A DNA stretch of 44,968 bases from Promethearchaeota archaeon (GTDB lineage: Archaea; Asgardarchaeota; Lokiarchaeia; Sigyniarchaeales; SOKP01): NCBI GenBank assembly GCA_048941015.1, contig JBHLNZ010000024.1:1-44968 (forward strand), read 5' to 3'. The notes under the pieces were generated by a model. That model searched no databases. It was given only the letters and a program-made list of their open reading frames with translations, and had not been told where the DNA came from. Every line of letters starts with the position of its first letter. Within the stretch, counting starts at the first letter, position 1. Shown here in pieces: positions 37,162-44,968 of this stretch. The translations under genes were made by a program, and so were the position numbers.

Positions 37162-38307
37162 ATGAATATGAATAAATTTGAAAAAGCCCAGAAAGTTCTT
37201 AATGAGCTTAATGCAGATGGTTGGTTAATAGTTTGCAAAGAAGATACTGATGTTCATTCTCATTATTTATTAGGTGTCAAGTCTCACGCAAGACATTATA
37301 TATACATATCGACTGATGGAAATCATAAAGTTCTTTCTGTTGAAATGGAAGCTCCTATGATTAAGCGTTCATTAAAGAACAAAGGTCTTAATGCAGAAGT
37401 AATTATATACAAAACGATGGATGAGTTAATTAACTTTTTGAGTAAATTAATTAATAAGACACGGATCGCTTTGAATTTTGGTGAAAATGTTTTAAGTGAA
37501 AATGGAAGCCAATATGCAGATTACATTTATACAGGAGACTATTTCTCTATAAAACAAATAGCTCCCAAAACTGAAATAATATCCGCTGCTCCGATAATTT
37601 ATGAACTTAGAAGTATCAAATCTAAAGAGGAATTGGATGATTTTAGGAATGTATGCAAAACAAATATAGAGATTTTAGAAACTATTCCTGATTGGGTAAA
37701 AGTTGGAATGACAGAAAGAGAAGTGAAGGCAAAATTAGAATATGAATATATGAAAATAGGTAGACCTTCATTTGATGCTATTGTAGGAAGCGGCCCTCAT
37801 TCAGCAGATCCCCACCATAATACTTCAAATAAAAAAATAGAACCAGGAGTATTATTAATTGATACTGGACTTCAAATTGATCAGATGTGTTCGGATATTA
37901 CATGGACATTTTGGGTTGGGAATAAACCTTCAAAGGAATTCACGGATACTTATAATCTTCTCTATGAGTGCAAAAGAGTTGCAAATGATTATTATATTGA
38001 TGGTATTCCAAATAATCTTCCTGCTAAGAAATGTCGTGAATTTCTTTCAGAAAAAGGTGTAGATCACGAAAAATTATTTTTTCATGGTTTAGGACACCCT
38101 ATAGGTTTTGAGGTTCATGGTATTGGAGCTAGGATAAATTGGAAAATGTCTGATGAATATATACTTAAAAAAAATATGGTTTATACTAATGAACCAGGAT
38201 TATATTGGATTGATAAATGGGGAGTAAGATTAGAAGATGATATTATTATTGGTAAGGAAAAATGTGAACTCTTAACTTATGTTCCTAAAGATCCTATTTT
38301 AATTTAA
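37162..38307 (+). CDS. Xaa-Pro peptidase, M24 family
   Basis: SADPHH, LIDTG...SDIT, HGLGHPIGFEVH, NEPGLY, GVRLEDD. Confidence 0.92.
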   Translation: MNMNKFEKAQKVLNELNADGWLIVCKEDTDVHSHYLLGVKSHARHYIYISTDGNHKVLSVEMEAPMIKRSLKNKGLNAEVIIYKTMDELINFLSKLINKTRIALNFGENVLSENGSQYADYIYTGDYFSIKQIAPKTEIISAAPIIYELRSIKSKEELDDFRNVCKTNIEILETIPDWVKVGMTEREVKAKLEYEYMKIGRPSFDAIVGSGPHSADPHHNTSNKKIEPGVLLIDTGLQIDQMCSDITWTFWVGNKPSKEFTDTYNLLYECKRVANDYYIDGIPNNLPAKKCREFLSEKGVDHEKLFFHGLGHPIGFEVHGIGARINWKMSDEYILKKNMVYTNEPGLYWIDKWGVRLEDDIIIGKEKCELLTYVPKDPILI

Positions 38308-38318
38308 AAAATTTAATT

Positions 38319-39626
38319 TTATAATTTCACAGAAAAGGGAAATTCTCTATTTTCTTCGACTTTGTTTTGATCTGGATCTGTGAATTTAATGATAAATTTT
38401 ATCGTATAATCTCCTGCTTCAGTTGGCTTTAAATTTATTTCCCATTTTATATCTTCATTAGATCGTAGAGAATAGATTTGTTTACTTGTAGTTCCTCTCA
38501 TGATTTTCAATTCATCAGGAAATTCAACATCTATATTTACATCTAATGCCTCTCCGAGGCTTTTATTCTCAACTAAGATCTCTAAAGGAAATGTTTGGCC
38601 AATTAAAGGGGGTCTTAGATTTTTAATTGAAACGTTAAGGCTTGCAGGAGGCGATAGAATATTAGGCTCGATAATTTCTGTTGAATAAACGAATAATAAA
38701 TTATTATTTAATTCAAAAAATAGATCCATAGGACCAATATATGGTTTATCAAGTTGGAAATGAGGTTTAATTATATAGTCTATTATAAAATCATTATTTA
38801 ATTCTATTTTAAGTGGAAAACGAGGTTTATTGCTAACTGTTAAATTATCTGATAAATGAATACTAACTTTGTTTATTGCGAGATTATTAACTTCATAATT
38901 GTAAAATTCATCATTAAAAATCTTATTTAAAGGCTTAGTTCTCAGAATTAATTTAAGGTTTATTTTATCATTTGTAGTATACTGTTCTTTATCCAATTCG
39001 AATGAAGTTAATGGAGCAATTTGGCATTTAGCTATCATCACTGCTTTCTTTAAAAGTTCAATTTCAACATCATTAAAATTATAATTGCTAATATTCTCTT
39101 TAATTCGTTCTAAAGAATTATCATTCTTGTCTCTTAATGCAATGGTTAAATTTGTTGCTAATTTTATAAAAGGATTTTCTAAAAAGAATTGAGTATCAAC
39201 TTTTTTCTGAATTCTTTTTAAAAAATCTAAAGCTTCTTCTTGTTGACCCATAATAAATAAGCATAAGTATGATGTAATTGAAAATCGTAAATAATGAATG
39301 TTTTGTTCATTAGATCTCTTTAAATTCGGTATATAATCGAGAGCTTTCCGATAAAGATTATTCGCTTCTAAATAATTTTCATTACGTAATGAAGCTTCTG
39401 CAGCTAATCTATATAATTTAAGTGCGGTATCAAATTTTTCAGATTCTAAAAACGAATCTGAGGAATTGATGAAACAATCTTTTGCTGCTTCAAATTTACG
39501 TAATTCCAAGAAAATTTGACCAGAACGATGGAAAAGTTTCCCCGCTTTCTTAAATTGCCTAGCTCTGAACAATTTTTCTGCTTTTAAAGATTGGTTTTGA
39601 GCATTTAAAAGTTGGTTTTTACCCAT
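38319..39626 (-). CDS. Cytoplasmic TPR/SNAP-like alpha-solenoid + Ig-like beta-sandwich protein
   Basis: N-terminal helical repeats (KAGKLF, AAKDCF, ALKLY, ANNLY); C-terminal GQTFPLEILVEN...VEFPDEL...SLRSNE...LKPTEAGDY; no signal peptide or TM. Confidence 0.6.
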   Translation of the reverse strand: MGKNQLLNAQNQSLKAEKLFRARQFKKAGKLFHRSGQIFLELRKFEAAKDCFINSSDSFLESEKFDTALKLYRLAAEASLRNENYLEANNLYRKALDYIPNLKRSNEQNIHYLRFSITSYLCLFIMGQQEEALDFLKRIQKKVDTQFFLENPFIKLATNLTIALRDKNDNSLERIKENISNYNFNDVEIELLKKAVMIAKCQIAPLTSFELDKEQYTTNDKINLKLILRTKPLNKIFNDEFYNYEVNNLAINKVSIHLSDNLTVSNKPRFPLKIELNNDFIIDYIIKPHFQLDKPYIGPMDLFFELNNNLLFVYSTEIIEPNILSPPASLNVSIKNLRPPLIGQTFPLEILVENKSLGEALDVNIDVEFPDELKIMRGTTSKQIYSLRSNEDIKWEINLKPTEAGDYTIKFIIKFTDPDQNKVEENREFPFSVKL

Positions 39627-39774
39627 TTACATCTCACAAAATCTAGTTAATAGTTTTATAAATTAACTTTAAAATTAAAAATTACTCTTAATACTAATCT
39701 GAAACTAGAATAATATTTAAAAATAAAAAAAAATAGAAAAATTGATTGATTGATTATTTAATTCTCCAATGTAG

Positions 39775-40419
39775 TTATAATGCTAAGACTATAAGTACAA
39801 ACGCTATTAAAATGAGCGTTCCTCCAAATCCAGTAACAATTCCTACTGCTAAAGGTGATACCCAAGTAAAGATAACAAACCCTATTAATAGGACTAACCA
39901 CCAGGAGTAATGTATAACCTTAAAATCTACGACATCAAATAAGATTAATAGTAATATAATAAGTAAAATCAATCCGAAAACTCCGTTGACAATTGAAATA
40001 ACTCCTCCAAAGAAGAATAATGTGAAACATTCATAGATTGAAAAACCTATACCAACTAATAATACCATTTTTGAAGCTTTATATGGTTTCTTTTCCATCA
40101 TAATTTCAATTAAAGCTGCCAATAGCAGTAGAATTGCTGGAAAATAACTACCACCTAAAAAGAGTGCAAATAGTAATAAAACTATGCCAAAAATAAGTAT
40201 TAACCACCATTGATACGGGATTTTAACAGGTCCAAAATCAATCAGATCTAATGATACAAAGATCAAGAAAGCAATAAGTATACAAATTATTCCCCAAAGA
40301 ATGTTTAATGGATTTGCAGCACCATAGAAATAAGTAATCCCTAATGCTAGTGTGTAAAGCATACCGATAAAAACAAGTAATTTTGTTGCTGTAATCTTTT
40401 CTGTTGTAACTTCACTCAT
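39775..40419 (-). CDS. Polytopic membrane protein with internal duplication
   Basis: About eight hydrophobic segments; two copies of D..DF...I.Y.WWL.L..G. Confidence 0.75.
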   Translation of the reverse strand: MSEVTTEKITATKLLVFIGMLYTLALGITYFYGAANPLNILWGIICILIAFLIFVSLDLIDFGPVKIPYQWWLILIFGIVLLLFALFLGGSYFPAILLLLAALIEIMMEKKPYKASKMVLLVGIGFSIYECFTLFFFGGVISIVNGVFGLILLIILLLILFDVVDFKVIHYSWWLVLLIGFVIFTWVSPLAVGIVTGFGGTLILIAFVLIVLAL

Positions 40420-40623
40420 TTTTTATTCACTTTTTTATATTTTTATTTCATTATTTTAATTTCTTATGAAATTAAAATTAGGATTAATCTAGTTTAACGG
40501 GTTTAAAAACATTTACACATTATTTATTATATTATTAATAGGAATTTCAATTTAAAATTAAAAAACAATACTTCTAGAAAAAGATTTAAAAATTTGTTTC
40601 CGAGACCATTGCTTTATGGTTTG

Positions 40624-40658
40624 TCATCTTATGACTAATTTTTTTTCATAAGATTCAT
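40624..40658 (-). promoter_or_regulatory. Eukaryote-type SECIS element
   Basis: Minus strand AUGA-AUCUUAUGA-[AAAAAAAUUAG]-UCAUAAGAU-GA: AUGA/GA core, perfect 9-bp stem, A-rich apical loop, directly 3' of genes with in-frame UGA. Confidence 0.8.
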
Positions 40659-41111
40659 TCATTCGGTTTTTTTCTTTTCATTTTCTTCTGAATCTGAAGA
40701 TTTTTTTAAAGGATTACTACCCAAATTTTCGATAATTCCAGAGATTCTAGTTACTTCTTCTTGAAACCTTTGTCCTTCTGCAGCACTACAGTGGAACATT
40801 TGAATTCGTTCAGGTGAAACTCCAGCAGTTTTTAAGATTTCACGCGTGAATTTAACATTTTTAGCGGCAATCAGATTACCTGTTTCATAATCACATTCAC
40901 CCTCATATCATCCAGCAACAATGACGCCATCAGCACCTTTTCCAATAGCTCGCATCATTAAACTGGGGGTAACTCTACCTGTACAATTAATTCTAATAGG
41001 TCTTATAGTTGCGGGATATTGTGCCCGAATGGTTCCTGCCATATCTCCAGCTCCATATCCTCATTTCCAACACATAAAAGCTAAAATTTTAATATTATTT
41101 TTTGTCGCCAT
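40659..41111 (-). CDS. mvhD: MvhD/VhuD [2Fe-2S] subunit, selenoprotein (U17, U68), 150 aa; absent from the ORF track
   Basis: MATKNNIKILAFMCWKUGYGAGDMAG...IRINCTGRV...GADGVIVAGUYEGECDYETGN...GVSPERIQMFHCSAAEGQRF; TGA at 41063-41061 and 40910-40908 in conserved Cys positions; gaggtg SD upstream. Confidence 0.92.
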
Positions 41112-41125
41112 AAAATTCCACCTCT

Positions 41126-43102
41126 TTAAATTTCTTCTAGAATTGCATCAATTTGTTTTTCATATTGAGGTTCTCTATAATATCGCAAAGTAATCGCTTC
41201 TGAAGGGCAATTAGCTAAACAAGACCCACATCCTCTACACAAAATTTCATCAACAACAGCTCCTTCGGAAGTGGTTCGAATGGCATTATAAGGACAGTTT
41301 AATTCGCATAAACCACATTTAGCGCATTTTTCTTTGTCTACAGTAGCACGAATAAGTAAAATTCTATATTTATCTTTTCCCATTAATCTTGCTAAAGAAG
41401 ATGCCGCTGCTCTCCCTTGAGCTATCGATTCTGCGATTGATTTTGGTCCTTGTGCAACTCCTGCGAGTACTATACCGGGTATTTTTGTATCAATAGGATT
41501 TAAGCGTGAATGAAACTCTTTAAAAAATCCATCTCGACTTGTTTCAAGTTTTAAAATCCTACCAATCTTTTCAACGCCATTTGCTGGGATCATAGCAGCA
41601 GATAACACTACCATGTCGTATTCGAACTCTTTTAAGCCAGTATTACTTAAAGTATTTTGTAGAATAACTTTTAAATTATGTGTGTTAGGATCTTCATAAA
41701 TTTTTGAAACATTTGTTCTAATATATTTAATTCCTTCCTTTCTCGAAGCTGTGAAATATTCTTCATAATCTTTTCCCGCAGCTCTTATATCCATATATGC
41801 AACATTGATATCAATTTCAGGATAATGCTGCTTGATCAGTTTAGTATTTTTTATCGAAATCATACAACATACTCCAGCACTGCAATAAGTTTGTCTCGAT
41901 AAATCCCTTGAACCTACACATTGTATAAACAAAATATTTGCGGGTTTTTTACCATCAGACGGTCTAACTAGATGTCCAACTGTTGGACCATTAGGAGCTA
42001 ACATCCTTTCGAGTTTCAATTGAGTAATTACATTCGGATAAACATTATAGCCTAGATACCCAGTTTCTGGTTCATATTCATCCCAACCCGTTGATACAAT
42101 AATAGAACCAACTTCAAGTTCTAATATTTCATCTTTCTGGTTAAAATCAATCGCATTAACTTCGCAAACCCCTTGGCATAAACCACATTTAATGCATCTT
42201 GTCATATCAATCTGAGCTATGGAAGGTACAGCTTGGGCAAAAGCAACATAAATTGCTTTTCTTGGATTCATTCCCTCATTGAATTCGTCGTAGCCATAAG
42301 CAGGACATATTTCAAAACATGAACCACATCCGTTACAGTCATTATTAACATACCTAGCTTTCTTCCTTACTTTCACTTTAAAATTTCCGACAAAGCCAGA
42401 CACATCTTCAACTTCGCTATAAGTATAAAGATTTAATCTGGGAGCTCTCGCAGATTCAAGCATAACAGGTCCCAATATTCATATACTGCAATCATCAGTG
42501 GGAAAAGTACGATCAAGCATTGCCATTTTACCACCAATAGTAGGACTTTTCTCTACTAAATGTACTTCAAATCCTTCATCAGCTAAATCCACAGCAGCAG
42601 TCAAACCTGCCACTCCTCCACCAATTATTAATGCTTTTTTCGTAATATCTACTTCTTTTACCAATATTTTCTCTAGAACCGCAGCCCTAGCAACACCAGA
42701 TCGAATCGCATCTTCAGCTGTTTCCTGAGCACCTGGTTTATCTAGTCTATGAACAAAACTTGCATGTTCTCTGATATTGACAAATTCTAAATAAGAAGGA
42801 TCTAAGCCCATTGACTCAAGAACACTTTTAAAGACCGGTTCATGAGTCTTTGGTGTACATGATGCTACTACTAACCGATTCGCATTAGTTTCAATCATTT
42901 TCTCCTTAATAAATTCCGCTCCTGGCTCAGTACACAATGAGATATAATCTAAAGCATCAACAACATTAGGTAAAGTTTTTGTAAATTCTGCTAAATTAGA
43001 CGTATCAATAATTTCAGCAACATTTATACCTCACTGGCAAATCGCAACAAAAATTCGGATATCATCACTTTCATTAGCATGAGCAGTCTTAGTTTCTACC
43101 AT
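41126..43102 (-). CDS. hdrA: Heterodisulfide reductase subunit A, selenoprotein (U24, U208), 658 aa; joins track ORFs 42479-42937 and 41126-42475 plus an N-terminal extension
   Basis: One continuous frame: MVETK...IRIFVAICQUGINVA...LCTEPG...ASCTPKTHE...GGGVAG...FPTDDCSIUILGP...IQCVGSRD..., with TGA at 43033-43031 and 42481-42479 aligned to the CxC and DCxxC motifs. Confidence 0.93.
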
Positions 43103-43294
43103 TGCATATCATTCCTTTGTTTCTCTCTATTAATTTTTCCTCCAATCATGTTTGGTTTTTATAATTGATATGAATCTAAATGAATTATTTTATTATAAAA
43201 TCTCTGATTAAAAAAATTAACTTTAAATCAAAAATCTTTTATGTATCTTTTATAAGTTTTAGAATTAAAAACATAAAACTAAATATAAAATTCT

Positions 43295-43729
43295 TTGTTT
43301 AAGATGTTCTTCATGTTATTTCAAATGACAAGTTTTTCATTAGATGATTATATCCCTATCATTATTATGGGGTGTTTATTAGTTTTGGATATTTTCATTT
43401 TAAAAATCAGCTTAGCTATTTCAAAAGCAGAAGTGAGAAAAAGTATGAAATGGGTCACAGTCAGTTCTTTTATTCAATTTGGAGTAATATTTTTTATAAG
43501 TTCACCTATGATGTTGTTAGGAATATATATTTGGCATGGACCACCAAAGCCGGAAGTACTTGTTCCTACTATATTAATTTCATTCTTTATCGATATAAAT
43601 ATTATGAATATATTTCACAGAATAGGTATTAAAAAGTCGGTAGTAATCGGAATATTTCTTATAGCCCCTATTACCGTAGCATTATTTTTTCTGGGGTCTG
43701 GATTAGCTAACCTTATTTACATTCATTAG
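43295..43729 (+). CDS. Hypothetical membrane protein, about four TM segments
   Basis: Hydrophobic 144-aa ORF filling the gap; exact start uncertain. Confidence 0.65.
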   Translation: MFKMFFMLFQMTSFSLDDYIPIIIMGCLLVLDIFILKISLAISKAEVRKSMKWVTVSSFIQFGVIFFISSPMMLLGIYIWHGPPKPEVLVPTILISFFIDINIMNIFHRIGIKKSVVIGIFLIAPITVALFFLGSGLANLIYIH

Positions 43730-43736
43730 AAAGAGC

Positions 43737-44657
43737 TTATATTCCTAACTTCTTATTAATAATTTCATTCATCTTTTTAATTTCATTTCTTGCCGCTTTT
43801 TCAAATTCATGAGCAGAGTATTCTTTTGAACTACTATAAGCGTAGATTATCCCTCTTGACGAATTTACAATACCCCCTAAACCATTTTCAAAGAAAGCGG
43901 CTTTTAGATCTTCAACTTGTGCACCTTGTCTTCCATAACCGGGCATTAGAATAAAAGATTCTCTCATAATATCTCTAACTTTTTTTAATTCTTTAGGATA
44001 GGTTGCTCCAACTACGACTCCAAGATTGTGAAATCCAGAAAACTTTGGTAAATCTATTGCCCAATTTTGAACTAATTTAGCCATTTGAATGAAATTTCTT
44101 TCTAATGTGACTTTAATTTGGTCGGATTGGATTTTTGAGTCAGTTATTTCCTTTATACTCACGCTAAAAAGATCTTGAAAATCCTTACTACTTGGGTTTG
44201 ATGTTTTAACAAGAATAAATAATCCTTTTTCTTTATAAAAATCTAAATAGGGTTTTATACCATCAAAACCAAAATAGGCATTTAAAGTACAAGCGTCCGC
44301 ATTATACACTTGAAACGTAGCATCAGCATAAGCTTTTGATGTACTGCCAATGTCGTTTCTTTTAGAATCTAAAATGACTAACAAATCAAATTTATGTGCA
44401 AATTTTATCGTTTCTTTTAAAGCATTCAAAGCTTCATATTTCTCATAAAAAGCAATTTGAGGTTTTATTACAGGAATTAATTCATGTGTACCTTCAATTA
44501 GAATTTTATTAAATTCTAATATAATATCATTTGGATGGTTTAACTCGTCAATTAAGTATTTAGGAATCTCACCTTCGTTTTCCATTCGAGGATCAAGACC
44601 CATCGAAACGACGCTTTTTTTGTCTTTTATTAGTTGAATTAATCGTTCGACAAACAT
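43737..44657 (-). CDS. pyrF: Orotidine-5'-phosphate decarboxylase
   Basis: MGLDP, KPQIAFYE, ILDSKRNDIGST, VVGATYP, PGYGRQG, NSSRGI. Confidence 0.95.
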   Translation of the reverse strand: MFVERLIQLIKDKKSVVSMGLDPRMENEGEIPKYLIDELNHPNDIILEFNKILIEGTHELIPVIKPQIAFYEKYEALNALKETIKFAHKFDLLVILDSKRNDIGSTSKAYADATFQVYNADACTLNAYFGFDGIKPYLDFYKEKGLFILVKTSNPSSKDFQDLFSVSIKEITDSKIQSDQIKVTLERNFIQMAKLVQNWAIDLPKFSGFHNLGVVVGATYPKELKKVRDIMRESFILMPGYGRQGAQVEDLKAAFFENGLGGIVNSSRGIIYAYSSSKEYSAHEFEKAARNEIKKMNEIINKKLGI

Positions 44658-44777
44658 TATCTATTTAGTTAAAGTATCATTCATGTATATATCTTTTACT
44701 TATCACTGATTTTGTTCGAAATAAAAATTGAGGAATTTATTTAAAACGAGAACTGAGGAAATTTGTAAGGGATTAAG

Positions 44778-44968
44778 GTGTTTGATGAAAAATTATTTCC
44801 AATTAGTATAAATCCAGATTTGTGTGTGAGATGCGAACGCTGTATGTACAGTTGTCCTCAAAAAGCAATTTTTTTCAGAAATACAATGCGCTATGTAGAT
44901 TATGATAAATGTGAAGGATGTTTGAAATGTGTAGAGGTTTGCGAACATGGAGCTATTGAAGTAGTTTC
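44778..44968 (+). CDS. 4Fe-4S dicluster protein, 3'-truncated; absent from the ORF track
   Basis: GTG start, MFDEKLFPISINPDLCVRCERCMYSCP...CEGCLKCVEVCEHGAIEVV, two CxxCxxCxxxC motifs. Confidence 0.85.
   Translation, partial: MFDEKLFPISINPDLCVRCERCMYSCPQKAIFFRNTMRYVDYDKCEGCLKCVEVCEHGAIEVV

Noticed and set aside
40921-41193. 90-aa plus-strand ORF
   Set aside because: Antisense shadow of mvhD and the hdrA 3' end.
41126-43102. hdrA as a split gene or pseudogene
   Set aside because: Both interruptions are in-frame TGA at conserved Cys positions, and a SECIS lies downstream.
43096-43149. 17-codon uORF overlapping the hdrA start (MIGGKINREKQRNDMQW)
   Set aside because: Short ORFs of this size arise by chance; no supporting signal.

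Overview
Very AT-rich archaeal window whose gene content points to an Asgard archaeon, most likely Lokiarchaeia: ribosomal protein eS25, a Bud23-like methyltransferase, Rag-like and Arf-like small GTPases, longin/roadblock and gelsolin-like domains, expanded HEAT-LRR paralogs, and UGA-Sec genes with a eukaryote-type SECIS. Housekeeping genes include hisG/D/C, DNA ligase, AMP phosphorylase, pyrF, an AOR with ferredoxin, a RuBisCO-like protein and an intron-containing tRNA-Ser(CGA). The two main signals are: (1) a duplicated module at 6078-18543, in which each of two ~1450-aa membrane-anchored surface proteins (shared scaffold and cytoplasmic tail, different putative ligand-binding domain) is translationally coupled to a cytoplasmic longin/uDENN + tandem winged-helix protein resembling NPRL2, and the two pairs flank a longin-Arf GTPase, making this a candidate receptor-to-small-GTPase signalling system; (2) an hdrA-mvhD/vhuD operon that the ORF track splits or misses, with four in-frame UGA codons at conserved Cys positions and a eukaryote-like SECIS directly after the last stop codon. 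All family assignments were made by eye from motifs; no database searches were run.
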